A stretch of 64,000 bases of DNA from Geosiphon pyriformis uo1 (taxonomy: Eukaryota > Fungi > Glomeromycota): the NCBI GenBank assembly GCA_016748015.1, contig JAAOMT010000269.1, positions 91,592 through 155,591 on the forward strand, given 5' to 3'. Position 1 is the first letter of the stretch, and the number at the start of each line of letters is the position of its first letter. Shown here one piece after another: positions 36,671-50,762 of the stretch. The notes beneath the pieces are model-generated. The model had not been told where the DNA came from, ran no database searches, and saw only the letters and a list, made by a program, of their open reading frames with translations. The position numbers were made by a program, and so were the translations under genes.

Positions 36671-39600
36671 TATATTTGATTTTTACTGATCAATTGAGTC
36701 GGTATTACCACAACAGACAACCAATCAGGTCGTTTATGATATTTTTTACGTTGTATACCATAAACAGAACAATCATTAAAGATTGTTTCAGATTGATCTT
36801 AAAGAATATAAAAACTATTGTTCAAAACTTTGTTGACTATAAAGAGTCTTTTCTATTGGCTAGAGAATTTATTACCATAGATATTGTCTTTGTCTAAACA
36901 GTATTCTAATACCAAGTTATTAATACTTAAAGAAAGTGTTTTATAGGTTTTTTTTTTCTTAAGCTTTTCTTGAAACTGTTTTTTTTTTTCAAAAGTAATT
37001 ATTTATGCTTCTACCAAGAAGTCAAGAATGGTACCAAGTTTTTTTCACAAAATGTCTTTGTAATTTCCTATTGTGATCTCTTCAAAGGGTATTGTCTCAA
37101 TGTCAATTTCTATTGGTAGTGTTGCCATACATCCATAGAGCAGATAAAAAGGTTCATAATTTGTTATGTCATGATTTACAGTTCTATAAGCAAACAAAGC
37201 TAAAAACAGTACTTTGTTCCATAAATTTGTTTCTTCACTGGTTTTGGCTAGGGTTTTACATAATGTTTTATTGAAACATTCCACTAGACTATTTGTTTGG
37301 GAGTAATAAGGGAAGGAAAGTTTATGACATATTTCCATTTTTCTACAAAGTTTTTTAACTAGTGTACTGAAAAAAGCTTTTTTTTATTAGATAAAAGTTT
37401 TTTGGGGCAACCATGATGGCAAATAATTTTTTCATAAATGAAATTGGCTATTGAGACTGCTGTTTAGTCAGGAGTGGCTCTTGCTTCTACCTACTTTGTA
37501 AAATAGTCAATAACTGTAATAATATATCTGTTGTTATCAGAAGTTATTGTTAAAAGTGTAACAACATTTATACCAATTCTGTCAAATAATTAACCAATAA
37601 AGATTGGATGGATATCTTCTTTGCAATTGGGTTTGCCTTTTTTTTGGCAAATATCACAGGTTTTTGATGTATTCAGCAATGTCTTTTTCCAAAGTAGGCC
37701 AATAATAATAAGCTAAAGTTTTTTTGAATTGTTTTTGTTTTTTCAAAGTGTTTAGTTAATGGGTCAGTATACATGTTATATATTACAATTTCTCTTTTTT
37801 CAAATCTGATGACTCTCTGGAGGCAGTCAGGATCTTTTCTGTTTTTTTTATATAATTGGTTCTGGCAGATCAAATAGAAATTTGATTGTTTACATAAATG
37901 TTCTCATTGTTGTTAAGTGTATTTTGGTGGATATTGTCCTTTACTCAAAAATTCTATTAAGGCAGAATAGTTGTTCAAGTCCATTATTGTATTTGTTTGT
38001 GAAGAAGTTATTAATAATTAAGTTGGTTTGCTTTGAAAGATTGTACTATTACTGAATAGTAAGTCTAAAAAAAGCATTGGTATTTTGATGATTTGCTTTT
38101 TTGTGGTGTTGAATATCATAGTCAAATTCATTTAAGTGAAGTATTCAGTGAGTTATTTGTTTGTGTTCTAGTTTTTTTTTATTGTGCAGCCAAAACAAGG
38201 CTTGATAATCTGTTATTACTAAGAATTTTGTACCAAGAAAATATTGATTCCAGTAACTAGTAGTCTAAACTACTGTTAAACATTCTTGTTCAGTAACTGA
38301 ATAGTTTTTTTCTGCTGGTGTGAGAGATCTACTGGCATATGTTATGGCATCTTCTCTGCCATTTTCATTTTTCTGTAAAAAGACAGCACTAAATCTATAG
38401 CCAAATGCATCAGTGTGAAGAATAAAAGGTTGGTCCAGATCAGGTTGCTTGAGAATTGGTTCAGTAACAAGTTTTTCCTTCAGAATTTCAAAAGCTTTTT
38501 GTTGATGAATGCCCCAATAATAATTGATATTTTTCCTGAGTAGTTGATTGAAAGAAAAGGCAATTTTGAAGAAATCCTTGATAAATTTGCAATAATAAGA
38601 AGCCAAACCAAGAAAAGAATGTAGTTCAGGGACATTTATTAGTTGTCTAATGTTTTGAACTTTTTCAACTTTAGTTGGGTCAGAGAAGATTCCATCTTTT
38701 GTAATAAGATGACCAAGAAACTGAGTAAATTGGCATTCAAAAAAAGATTTGATTAGGTTGATCTTAAGACCAGCATTTCAGAGCAGGTCAAAAACCTTCT
38801 GCAAATATTCAAAGTTCATTCCAAGTTTTTAAGTAGACTATTATGTCATCTAAGTAAACCAGAACAAAGTTTTCTTTTACTGATTCAAATACTTTGTTCA
38901 TTAGGCATTGAAAGGTGGGAGGGGCATTGATGAGACCAAAAAACATGACTGTAAATTTATAAGTACCATATTTGGTAATGAAAGCAGTTTTTTTTCTGCT
39001 TTTTGAATCCATTTCTACTTGCCAGAATTCAGCAGTTAAGTCAATAGTTAAGAAAAAAACAGCACCATTGAATTTATCTAATATTATATTAATTTTAGGG
39101 AATAGATACATGTCTTTTATAGTGATGATATTTAGTTGGCAGTAGTCAACACAAAAACATAGGGTTCCACCTTTCTTGGATACCACTACAACTGAAAAAG
39201 CCTATTTACTCTTGGTTTTTTGTATGAATCCAAAATCTTTTATTCAGTTTATTTCTTTCTTGATAAACTCATCATTGTGTTAATTGAATTGATAAGGCTT
39301 CAAATGGATGGGATGGGTTTCTTTTGTGGTGATAATGTATTGTATTATATGGGTTTGTTTAGAAGTATTACTTTCTTTTAAGATAACTGGGCTATTCTTA
39401 ACCAACAGATTTTTAATGTTCACTTTTCTTTCTTTAGAAGAAAGTTCTCTTTGTTCTACAACTAATAATTAAATTTCAAGTGGTTTACTCTCAAAGAACT
39501 TCTGTATTTTTTTTAGTTTTTTTTTGGGTATTAAACTAATTGGCTCTCAATCTTTATAATAGATTAGACAAAACTTGCATTTATCACTAGGGGAATACAA

Positions 39601-42292
39601 AGGTTTATTACACCAGCACCTGGCACAAGAACTATGTTACCAATAACTGTATTTTGCTTTCTTGCCAGGTTTTTTTAAGAATATCATAGTAAGACCAGCA
39701 GATCAGCTTGTTATTTACTATAATTTCTTCTTTGTCAGCTTTAACATTGTCCAGTAACTTGCCATTGCTAGTGAAGATAGTATAAGCAAGTTTAGTAGTT
39801 TTTTTTTGTTCTTCTTGATCTTTTTCTTCATCACTTTTATCATCATCTGATTCATCTAATTGTTTTTCTTCTTGGTTCTGCTTGAATACTGAAAGAGTTA
39901 TTCAATAATGGCACTTAACCACAATGGGTTTCTCATCATATCTGATGGTTAGTTCACAGAGTTCATAATTAAACAAGACTTTTGCTTTCTTAAGCTATTC
40001 ATTGCCAACTATTATGATGTATTCTTTTGCTTCAGATACTTCCATGTTAGTTTCAATGTTGATGCCATTGATTCAGACAGGAACAGCTTTGGTTATGCCC
40101 AGACTTTTTTTCTTGTTACTATGTACATTGTTTATTGGTTTTGTAGATGGTTTATTAATTTTTCTGTTAATTGCTTCGAAGAAGTGTTTGGCAATGATGC
40201 TAACAGATAATCTACTGTCCAAGATCAGATCAATAAAATAATCAGCCACTTGGGCTTTACAAATAAAAGGAGTAATATTGCTGTTATCAGCAAGTCCAGC
40301 TTGGCATGGGCATTTGTTGGTCTTTAATGTCTTTTTCTTGAGAATCAAAGATTTGCAAAGATCTTTTCTGAATTGGAAATGGGTTATTAACTGGCCAAAG
40401 GTAATGTAAACAGGTGTTTTTATGAGATCTATGACAACAGAATAGGGTCCAAATTTTTGTACAATTTTTGAGAGTTTCAACTTTGAAGGATTCTTAAAAA
40501 CTTTAGTCTTTGGTGGCATGTTGTTATCAACAGTTGATTTGAATGCCTTGTTTGGATCCAGAACAAAATCAACCTTGGCTTTCTTCTTCTTTTTTGTTGA
40601 TTCAGAGGTGTTAATTGCTAGTTCATTCATGTCATGGCTATTATCAGTTAAGTTAAAAGCATAAAAGAGGTTTTTTTCTGGTTGGCTTGTACTCTCACTC
40701 TTTGAAGATATGCCTATCAGTTTAAAGACTAATAAACAGTGGCTTCAATTAAGGGATTCTTTTCAAAGAAATTAATGTTGGCATGATTGGGTTTTTGGTT
40801 GGGAACATTGTTGTTGATAATTCTGTTGTTTTGATTGTCATTGTTTCTGAGAGCTGGAGGAGGCAGGGGAAAATTGTTGTAATTTTTGAAGAAATATTCA
40901 GTTAATTCACAGCAATAACACACAAGTGAGCCACGATTTTGTTGTTTTTGATAAGAGAGTTGTTGGAGTTGATTAAAATGGGGTTTAAATTTGGATCTTT
41001 GGGGTTGTTAATTCTCTCTGACTGTTTGGGCTAAGGGTTTCAGTAATCGGACAAGATTAGCTGTAAGTCTATCTATTAATTGTTTATTGGAATCTGAAGT
41101 TTGGACAGTAAAAAAAGTGGCAGCCATTTAAGGAGCAGGGGCCATAACAGAAGCAGAAGCAAAAACTGGAAGTGTGAATCCTAGGTACATTCTTTGATTG
41201 TTTTCTATTCTCTGGGTAAGTTCAATGACTATATTTATTGTGGGATTGTTTTTTAGTGCCAGAAGGGGCCAAAAAGCATAGAAAAAATCAGTTCTCAATT
41301 CTTTTGTCCAGTTTCTTCTAGAATCTACTCACTTGATTAATTTTCTGATTGCTTTGGCATACTCAGTTACAACTTTACCAGAATCTTGGGTTTTTTTTTC
41401 TAATTCCATGCACTATTTGGATATCAAGATAAGAGTTCTAAATTTCATTTCAAACCAAGTAGTAAAAGAGGTATTATCTTCTCTAACATTTGCTGGTGTC
41501 TATCTAATGATTCTTTACTGAGTATTGGCATTGGTTTTTTGTGAAAACCAAATAGCAAGAGAGCCTTGAAGGTAGTCACCAACAATTTGGAACTTGTATT
41601 TATTATTATATTAATTTGTAGTAGTTGCTTTCTCAAAATTGTCCAACCATTCAATTGGATCTTATGTATCACCTCTGAATAAGGGTAGTTGGGTATTGTT
41701 TCTTCATCTCAAAGCAGTTTGTATGTCTTGGAGGGTGATCAGAATATTTTGTTATATGGGGTCATTAGCCATTGGTTTAGGAGTAACTGTTTGTGTTAAA
41801 TGTTCTGATTCACTTGAAAAAAGATCAAAAACAAAAACAGTTTAATAGCTTTTTTCTTCTGTTTTAAGAGGAGTTTCAGTTGATTGATGGGCAGCAATCC
41901 AAGTATGAATTTGGTAATTCAGATATTCGAAATTAGAGGGCTATTGTTCAAAGGTTGTGGAATATAAAAGCTGATTGATGCTGTTGTTTCTTTTTTCAAA
42001 GTTGTCTTCAAAATAAGTTTGATCAAAGTAATAAGTTGTATAGGCTGTGTAGATTTTAGCTGAATGCTTATTCAGGAACCAATTCCAAAAGTCTTAGAAT
42101 TGTCTACTGAATTGTTTTTTAATGGAGAAACAAATCAAGCAGGAAGGCAAAAAATTGAGTTTAATAAAGTCTAGATTGTTTTTGTTGTGTGCTTCAAAGT
42201 GTTTTTCTGATTGTTGTAACAGGTATGAATAATTACCCATACAATAGAAAACAAAGTGGATTTTGACAACCTTACAGGGAACACCACTTTTA

Positions 42293-42972
42293 TGTTACAG
42301 GTTGGAGTAACAAGCTAACAAATAGCAAGAGAGAACAGGATTGTAGGGTGATAAAAGGAATCAAAGAAAATTTAACTTCAAAGAGCAAATTGAATAAGTA
42401 TGAATTCAATGTGTGAGATTAGTCTCATAAAATATCTCAGTCACTATACTTTTTAAAAGATAACCAGAAAATTTGAAAGTAGAAGAATAGTCCATATTGT
42501 CAACAAATGATCATATACTGGTATAATTCTATGCCTTATGTTAGCATTCTTAGAATTTAATATCAGGTATCAGATGTACTCTTCAGTTATGTTTTATTTA
42601 ATAATCTTTAAATGTTGTAATTACATGTTTTAGGAAAAAGATAAGGAATAACCAACAAGTAATCTTTTATTCCAAGATATTCAGATACTTGAAAATAAGG
42701 AAAGAGAAATTAGCAATAAGAGAATGATTGAGATGAAAGTTGTTATTTTATTTCTTTTCTTTCTTTGATTCTTATATTGATTCTTATATGCTTTTTTACA
42801 GCTAAGAGATTCATTGCTTATATAGCTATCAAAAATGGTTAATAATCAGGTCAATGATCAGGTCATTGATCAGATCAATGATCACTTTCTAAAAATAGAG
42901 TGGCTAATTTATATGACATCAATGGCTAATACATATGATAATTAATAAGAAGTGTAGGTTTCAATCATAATA
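42293..42972 (-). repeat. 5' LTR of A2
   Basis: Starts TGTTACAG; direct repeat of 35323-36002. Confidence 0.9.
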
Positions 42973-45953
42973 TTATGATCTATAACCTAATGTTAGATTT
43001 TAATTTTGTCTTAATAATAATAAAAACCATATTACCTGAATCTATATGCCAATAAATAATGTCTTTTTGTTTTGTAAAAACATTAATACCTTGAACATTA
43101 CACATAGCAAATTTTTATACCAGATCTATTATTAAAAAGAACAAGCAATAGGAATCAAATTAGCATTGTTTACTTTGGCCAATAGGCTCATAACTGTAAT
43201 TAACAGATTGTTTAAAATGTTTTCCAATTTTAAGATAACTGATAAATCAAAAACCACTATTTTTACAATAGTCTTATTACTAGTGACCACATCTGAACTT
43301 TTATTCATTACTATATTCACATTTTAATTCTGTAATAAAGGGGTTACCAACAGCTAATGTTCAAGGCTAGGCTGAAAAACCATTAATCTAGATATGTTCA
43401 ACCTCTTAACCAACTTATTAATATATTCTGTAAGACTAATAAGACTATGTTCAAAAGTAGCAAACCTATTATTTAATTTCATGAACACTAACTGAATAGG
43501 TTTTATTTCCAAAGAGAAACCAGAATCAACCAAGCCATTTTGTGTAGAAAAAGAAGAGAAAGAAGATTTACCAACAATCTTGGCCCAAAAAGCACTACCA
43601 AAAGAAACAAAATAAGTAATCAGCACTAAATATTTAGCATAAATAAATGCCAGCCTGCTTTTATTATTCTTTGATAACACTCTACAAAATGAGCTATCAG
43701 AAGAAGTTTTTCCATTTACAAAGCAGTCCAATGAAGTATGACCTAATTTTCTATACTTAACACACTTTGTTAAATCCAAATAAGCCCAATGCAAATTAAC
43801 ATCTCTTAAAACTGGTGTGATTTTCATGACAGTATTTAGTAATTTAGTTAAGTCAAAACAAACAATTATATATCTTGTTCAAGCATATAAAACTAGATAT
43901 TAATCAATAATACATGTTTTTTTATTTATAGACCCAATAAAATCTTAAATGTTATAAGCATTTATTCTTATTAGCAGTGTATAGAGCAGTGCTCTATAAT
44001 TATCTCTGAAGTTTCATGTTTTCTTATCTTTATTAGCTCTAGCTACACAAACTACATTTTTTCTAATTAGAATAAACCACTTTGCTGTAACCAAATTAGC
44101 ATGATCTACTTTATTAAATTCAACTACAGCTTTTTGCCACAGTCTAACCAAATGCATCTTAATTGATTTAATTAATCCAAACTCAGAAAGCACAGCATAT
44201 ACAGCCTCAGTCATTGTCTTAATTAGAATTTTCTTTATCATCACAGTTCAATCTAAATATACAGCAGATTTTTTGAGATCAGCATTTGCAGCAATCTTTA
44301 CATTCTTAATCATATTAAATACATGAGCCAAACTTGATTCAAAAGTAAATGTTGCTCTGATAATTCCAGCAAATTTTGAAGAAGTAGAAGCTTTTTCAAA
44401 ACCATTGATTTTTAAAAACAATTTCCTAATTACCATTAGCTTTTTTTAAAAAAACTTCTTAACCACTTTATTTAAACCAATATCTAAAGCAAATAATTTT
44501 CTAATAAAAACATTGACCAAGTTCTTTAAAAGAGAGAAAAAAGTCAGCAGAACATCTAATAAGACATTATTATTATCATTACTATTATTAAAAAAGATGA
44601 TTTTTTCCAAAAACTTCTTTAAAGCTTTCTTGGTCTTAATATATAAACTCTTAGGTGTCTGATCAGTATTTTTATCATTCAAAAAGGCACTATTATTATA
44701 GTTAAAACTTGTTTTCTCAATTAAATACTTCTTTTTTATGTTAACATTATTAGATTTGGTAGTATTATCAGCTTTTAATTTCCAAGAATAACCACTAAAA
44801 TCTTTAATAAAAATCTCTTTAACTTTAATATTGTCTTTCAAAACATCTTCTCTTCTCTTTTTTTTTGATAATACAGGTTTGACAACCTTAACACAACCAG
44901 ATTCCATAATAGATTTCTTCAAAATAGCAATATTAAAGCCAACAATAATCTTATAATTAAACAAAAATGGTTTGGATTTATCATACTAAATGATAAAAAA
45001 CTTTTTTCAAAAAACTTATTTACTCTTTTTTGGAAATTTGGAATAAAAAAAAGAAAAAAGTTTTTTTTCTAATTATATTATTTAGCAAATTCTATGTTTA
45101 TATTATTAACAAATATTAATATATTGATATAATTTTATGTTTTATATTAGTGCTCTTAAAATTTGATATTAATTATTAGACATACTTTTTTAATTACATT
45201 TTATTAATAATTTTTAAATACTATAATTATATAGATTAGAAAAAAGTAAATAAATATTAACAAAATAATTTTTTATCTTTAGATGTTTTAATACTTAAAA
45301 ATGAAAAAAAGAAATAAGTAATAAGAAAAAAATTAAGATAATAGTTATTAATTTATTATTTTAATTATGTTTTTTTACAGTTAAAAGACTTATTACTTAT
45401 ATAGCTATTAAAAGTGATCTACAGCTAAATTAATAATTAAGTCAATAATTAGGTTAATGATTAAGTTAATAATAAAGTTATTAATCAAATCAATAATCAT
45501 TATCTAAAAATAAAAGGCTAATACATGTGATAACTAAAAAAATTTATAAGTTTTAACTGTAACAATATGTTAAAAACACATGTAATAATTTTACATAAAA
45601 AAAATCATAATTATAAATATTATTATATATATATATATATATTAATTTAAACATAGAATATTTGAAATTAAATATTAATTAATTAAGCAATTAAGCAATA
45701 CAAATGTTTATGCAATATGACATCACAAGTCACTTTGATGAATTTTCAGGGGTTTATGTAAATCATAAACAAAGATCTCAAGGGTCTTTTACTGCGCTCA
45801 CACTATTATTATTATGTCTATTGTCAGCACCCAGTTTTTTGAAATTTTGAATGGTGGCTCTTTCAAAGGATATAAAATTTTCAAAAAGAACTATTTCTTC
45901 GTTTGCCAAAGTCTATTATAAATTAGAAAGTAACTACCATCATTAAAACAAGA

Positions 45954-48205
45954 ATGCTAAAACGACAACGCGAACGAAAAACAAGAATTATTCGAGTCGC
46001 AAAAAGCGGGTGTAATTTTTGTTACAAGACTTTTGAACTAGGTCCCGACTTTGAGTTTCAGAACACGTTAGAAAGCCACCTGAGGTTTGACTGTCCTAAA
46101 GCTCCAATTCATCTTCGCGCCACCATTCCAACTGAAAGATACTCGGCAGTCGAGCCACTGTTGCAAGTAGACTTTAATGGAGTGAGCAAAGAGAATGAAC
46201 AAAATCATTACAGAGGCCAGGAAGTTTTAATGCTTGATGATAAGAAAAGTAACGACCAAAATATTGTTAATAAAATTGAAAAAAACGACCAAAATTGTAG
46301 GAAAAACCAAGAAGTGATCGTTATTGATGAGGCTGAAGTTAGCGATGACTCGTAAGAATATAAAAAATTGTCTTAATTTTAAGCAATTACACAACAATTC
46401 AAGTCAAATTTTCTGTTCTTGATCACCAAAAAGGGTTACCGAAATCCGTCCGATAGATTTTTACAATCAGAGCTTTCCAAATAAGCGAACAGAAATGCCG
46501 CAAGAGGGTTCACAGGCAATTATCATAAGTAAAGTTATCAATTGATTTGAAGGAGATGGAAATGGTATCCAGCAATGAGTTTTAGAATGGAATTGCAATG
46601 ATTGATCTTAATTTTTTATCTAGTTGACAGCGATGAAGATATTCAAGAACCAATTTCCAGGCCCTCCAAAAATAGCTCTTCTATTGCCGATACAATATCG
46701 ATAATAACAGAGACATCGAGAGAAGCCATTCCTCCCACTATCGTCACAAATTTATCATTATCCGAAATGGATTCAACTTCCATTTCATTAATACCGGAAA
46801 CAAAGGAAGTTGGGCAGATTCAACTTCCAATCCAGGATTCTGAAATTAAAAAAGGTCCAAAAACCCCCCAACATCAAGTTGACACTAGATCCCGGAAAAT
46901 ATCAACACAGATTCAACTTCCTAGCAAAGATGTCTTCGTTAGAAAAAGCTCACAAGCTGCTGAATCTCAGCTAGAAACAAGATCACCAAAAATAACGTCC
47001 TTATCGAAAAATATACAACCTCCTATTCAGGAAAATGGGTCACCAACTGCCGGAGATCAATTAAAACCTAAATCAAGCACAATCAAGATATTGCTAAAAA
47101 GGTTTCAGATTCCTATCCAAGATCCTGATGTTGAAAAAGTTTCACAAAGTGTCTCACATCATATTGAAACTAGGTTACGAAAAACAAGGAAGCAGACGGA
47201 ACCTCCTTTTCAAGACCCTATAGGGGAAAAACCCTCGGAAGTTCAAATAGAGAGCAGATTCCGGAAAACCACGAGATCACCAATAAATGATCGGGATCCT
47301 TTTCAGAATTCGAAAGCCCAAAGAAGTTCGCAAACTACGAAGCGTCAAATTGTAACAAGATCGCGAAAAGCCAAGAATTCATTAACACAGGTCCATGATC
47401 CTATACCCGAACATAAATCACAAACTCCCGAAATTCAATTAGAGCCTACCTCACCAAAAACTAAGATATCGAAAAAGAAACAACTTTTTGTTCAGGATCC
47501 AGTTGAAAAAGGACAAACCGCCGAGATAAATCATAGATCACTGAAAAACAAAAAATTACCCAAACCCGCGAATAGAATAACAAAAGACCTCTCATCACAG
47601 AAGGGCAAAAAAGTAATGATTGTTCGGAAACCAAATAAGAAATTCACCACTTTCGCAGATTACGTGACACTTCCAACCAAAAATGAGCTGGCATTCTCGC
47701 AATATCGTACACCTCTAAATCCATTAAGAATATCTGGGACCGGATTCGTACATTATATACATACATCAGAATTTAAATCATCAAAGACAAAACGTGAGTT
47801 CATTCTTTTAAAATGAACTTTTTGGAATATTTTGTTGATAACTTAAGAAATAAATTTTTAGGAATCTCTGTAAAATACAAAAATAAAGTAATGCGAATGA
47901 TAGAAGAATATCATCATGAAGAAAAAGAAAAATTAAATCTTTCCCAACCTTCTACTTACTCTTATATTAATGATATAATGAATGGTGAAAACGTGGACGT
48001 GAATGATGAGGATGATGATGATGATGATGATGAGGAGGATGATGATGATGAAGAGGATGATGATGAGGAAGAGGATGATGATGAGAAAGAGGATGATGAT
48101 ATAACAAAGGGTGATTACTTATATGAGCCAATGGATGTCTTACAAGCAGCCGATGCGGAGGTTATTGTCATGATTGAGGCTAACCCTCGGTTCTTGAATT
48201 GTTAA
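45954..48205 (+). CDS. Uncharacterised, probably nuclear protein: BED-like Zn finger, SIM-like motifs, ~8 internal repeats, acidic tract (exons 45954-46351, 46434-46528, 46624-47793, 47862-48205)
   Basis: Three GT-AG introns join the ORFs in frame; CpG retained; CNFC...HLRFDCPKAP; start codon not certain. Confidence 0.72.
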
Positions 48206-48654
48206 TAGAGAAAGAGACAAAAAGATATGCTAAAAAAATTTGTTCAAGAAATTTTCCAATACCATTTTTTAATCTCTTGTGGATTGAAACATGACAAAAA
48301 TTTTGGAATTATTAAATATTGTTTTTCTTGCTCAAGTTTTTGTGATTTTGAAAGCTGAAATTGATTACAAATGAAAATTTTGATAATTAATTCAAAACCA
48401 AACATTACAAGTTAAGATAAAACCAAAAAATTTACAGTTTTATTCAAATAAATAAATAAATTACTATAAATAAATTTATAGTAATTTAGCTATTTACAGA
48501 AAATGGTTTATTAATAAAAAATATTTTTAAACAAATAAATTATATTAAAATTAATAATAATATTATTTGTATTATAATTAAATAAATAAAAAATTCTATT
48601 TTTTGGTTTTAAATTAATATATAATAATAATTATATATAAAGTATTATTATTTA

Positions 48655-48667
48655 TGATTATTATTAC

Positions 48668-48706
<39 letters not shown>
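48655..48706. repeat. (ATT)n microsatellite
   Basis: Visible trinucleotide run. Confidence 0.9.
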
Positions 48707-48707
<1 letters not shown>

Positions 48708-48906
48708 GCAATAATAAATATAATCTAATTAGTATTTAATATTATATAATATATATATTATAAATTAGATATAATTTATATTTTTATTATATGTAATTAA
48801 TTATTTAAGTTAATCAAATTAAAAAAAACTTCTTTCTCTCCTTTGTCCCAAATTCCTAAAAAAGAGTCAAAAAGTTTTTTTTGAAAGAAGTTTTTTACAA
48901 TTCAGT

Positions 48907-50762
48907 ATGATAAATCCAAACCCTTTATTCTTGACTACGAGACTACTGTTGGCTGTAGTATTGCTGTTATGAAAAAAGCTGCTAAAGCTTTTGTTTCTGG
49001 TAGCAGCTTCAGACCTATTTTTCCAGGTAAAAAGAGAAGAGGCAAGGTTTTAGAAGACAGTTCTGGTGGTAATGATATCAGTCCTAAAGTCCAAAAAAGT
49101 AGCTCATGGGATTCTGAGACTAATGACACCACTGAGTCTAAGAGTGTTGATATAAAAGAGGAATGCCTAGTAGAAGAAACCAGTTTCGACTATGGCGAAA
49201 GTAGTGCTCTTGCAGAGAGAGATCATGATTAAACACCTACAGGTGTAAGAGTCAAAACAAAGAAGACACTGGGCAAACCATTGGAGAAGATTGATTTTAT
49301 GCTCGACAATGATGATGATGATGTCCTCTTTGATACTCCGCTGGCACTTTCCACATCTGTCAAAAGGTTGGTTGCCGTTTCCGTCTATAAATCTTTCACT
49401 TTAGATATTGGCTTGGACAAGATTACTGGGAAATTGTTTCAGAAAAAATTGGCAGTAATCAGAAAATTGTTTTCGAGAATCAATGGTTTTGGAGGGGCTT
49501 TTACCCTCTCAAAATTTGCTGGGATCATCCAGGCAATGTTTACTTCTAAATTGAGTTTGGTGAAAACTACCAAAATGGCTACTAATGTGAAAATTCTGGT
49601 GAATACCAATCTCAAAAAATCATTTGTTAGGTGTTTAGATCGGGCAGTAGTGTTGAAAAAAATTCCAATTGGAACATTAGTTGAGGCTGTGCATGCTGCT
49701 CTTTCCAATTTTGGTATAATTAAATCGATCAAGATACAGTTGGTGGAGTTGTGGCAAAAAGCTGTAGTGAAATTTGAGCAATCGGATCAAGCTGATTTGG
49801 TCACAGCTAAATGATTCATCCTTATTGGAAAGGATACGGTGCATGTTGTGAAATTGGACAAGAATAAAGAAGCATGAAACAAGAAAGATGTGCATAAGAC
49901 TTTGTTGTATACTCTACCTGTGGGAACAAATGCACATGATATATGGGATTACATCAAATCTGTTGGTAGGAAAACTTGTGTAATTGACTATCATCTGGTT
50001 TTATATGCTTGGGCCAGGTGTGCCACTGTCTGTTTTGACTCTGCCAATTTGTTAAATGCAGTCTTGAGAACAACGCCTGTGCTTAAAGGTGCAAACTTGT
50101 GCTGGTCTCATCTCATAATGGCTAAGTGTGCTAAGTGTGGGAACTCAGGTTATACATCTCTAGATTGTGCTGCTGGTGGGAAGATTCCTTCTAGTGGTCC
50201 ACAGTGCAGGGTACTTTTGGATTTTGATAAAGACAGACTTGCTATCATTTATGCCAAACACTCAGCTCCAGTTGCCTGTCTTGTGTCTTTTGGTGGTGCT
50301 TTCTGGACGCAAATTGTTGTAGGATCCTCTCTCTATCCCCTTCCAGTTTGAAATGATTTGTTGAGTATTGGCTCTTCTTCAGAGGTAAAACCTACTCCAC
50401 AGATGTCTTTGGCGTTAAATAATAGGTTTGCCGCTTTTGAGTGCAGTCTCACCAATCTCGCAGAGCGCATTGATAAGCTGGCTAAGAGGTTGGACACACC
50501 TGAACTAACAGTTTCCCAGCTTAGCCCTAGATGTCAGCCATTGATGACCCCTTCATCACAGAATCAAAAGGCGGATATAGTGATAAGTAAGAGTTTGGGT
50601 GTGGTTACTAGTGGTGGGACTGTTGTGGAAGTGGTGTTGTTCAATAATTCTGTTATCACAAAAATGGAGGAAACATTAAAGAACCTTTTGGTAATGGTTA
50701 TGAGCCTGTCAGCTAAAATGAAAAATGGTGGTTCCATTCTTGATGTTCTTTCTTTCCAATAA
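48907..50762 (+). pseudogene. LINE ORF1 (RRM-like domains, CCHC knuckle, coiled coil)
   Basis: Successive in-frame ORF pieces; AVVLKKIPIGT, LLYTLPVGTNAHD, CAKCGNSGYTSLDC (decayed CCHC). Confidence 0.85.

Larger units (their letters stand above)
35323..42972 (-). mobile_element. Ty3/gypsy family A, complete decayed copy A2
   Basis: LTRs 35323-36002 and 42293-42972; TSD TTAT; PBS-like TGGTGTTCCCTG next to the 5' LTR; PPT GGAGAGGATGA; gag, knuckle, protease, RT YLDD (38809-39186), RNase H (38265-38606), integrase with decayed GPF module (~36672-37873). Confidence 0.92.
23321..45097 (-). mobile_element. Full-length decayed LINE (ORF1 ~44990-43132; ORF2 ~43130-23457), split by gypsy B and gypsy A2
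   Basis: 5' end matches 48820-48925; APE fragments at 34825-35320 and 42977-43130; RT 25462-26530; RNase H 24045-24773; degenerate TSD TCATATTGTT (23311) / TTATATTATT (45098). Confidence 0.88.
13390..45564 (-). mobile_element. Ty3/gypsy family A, old copy A1; own sequence ~13390-17497, 20677-23320, 45098-45564; hosts nested insertions
   Basis: Colinear with A2 throughout; RT relic at 16302-16502; 5' LTR is split at 23320/45098 and ends CTGTAACA at 45564; 3' LTR relic near 13390-13830. Confidence 0.8.

Noticed and set aside
42270-42286. Assigning the PBS to a specific tRNA
   Set aside because: Decayed sequence and no tRNA set available; only the TGG start and position are supported
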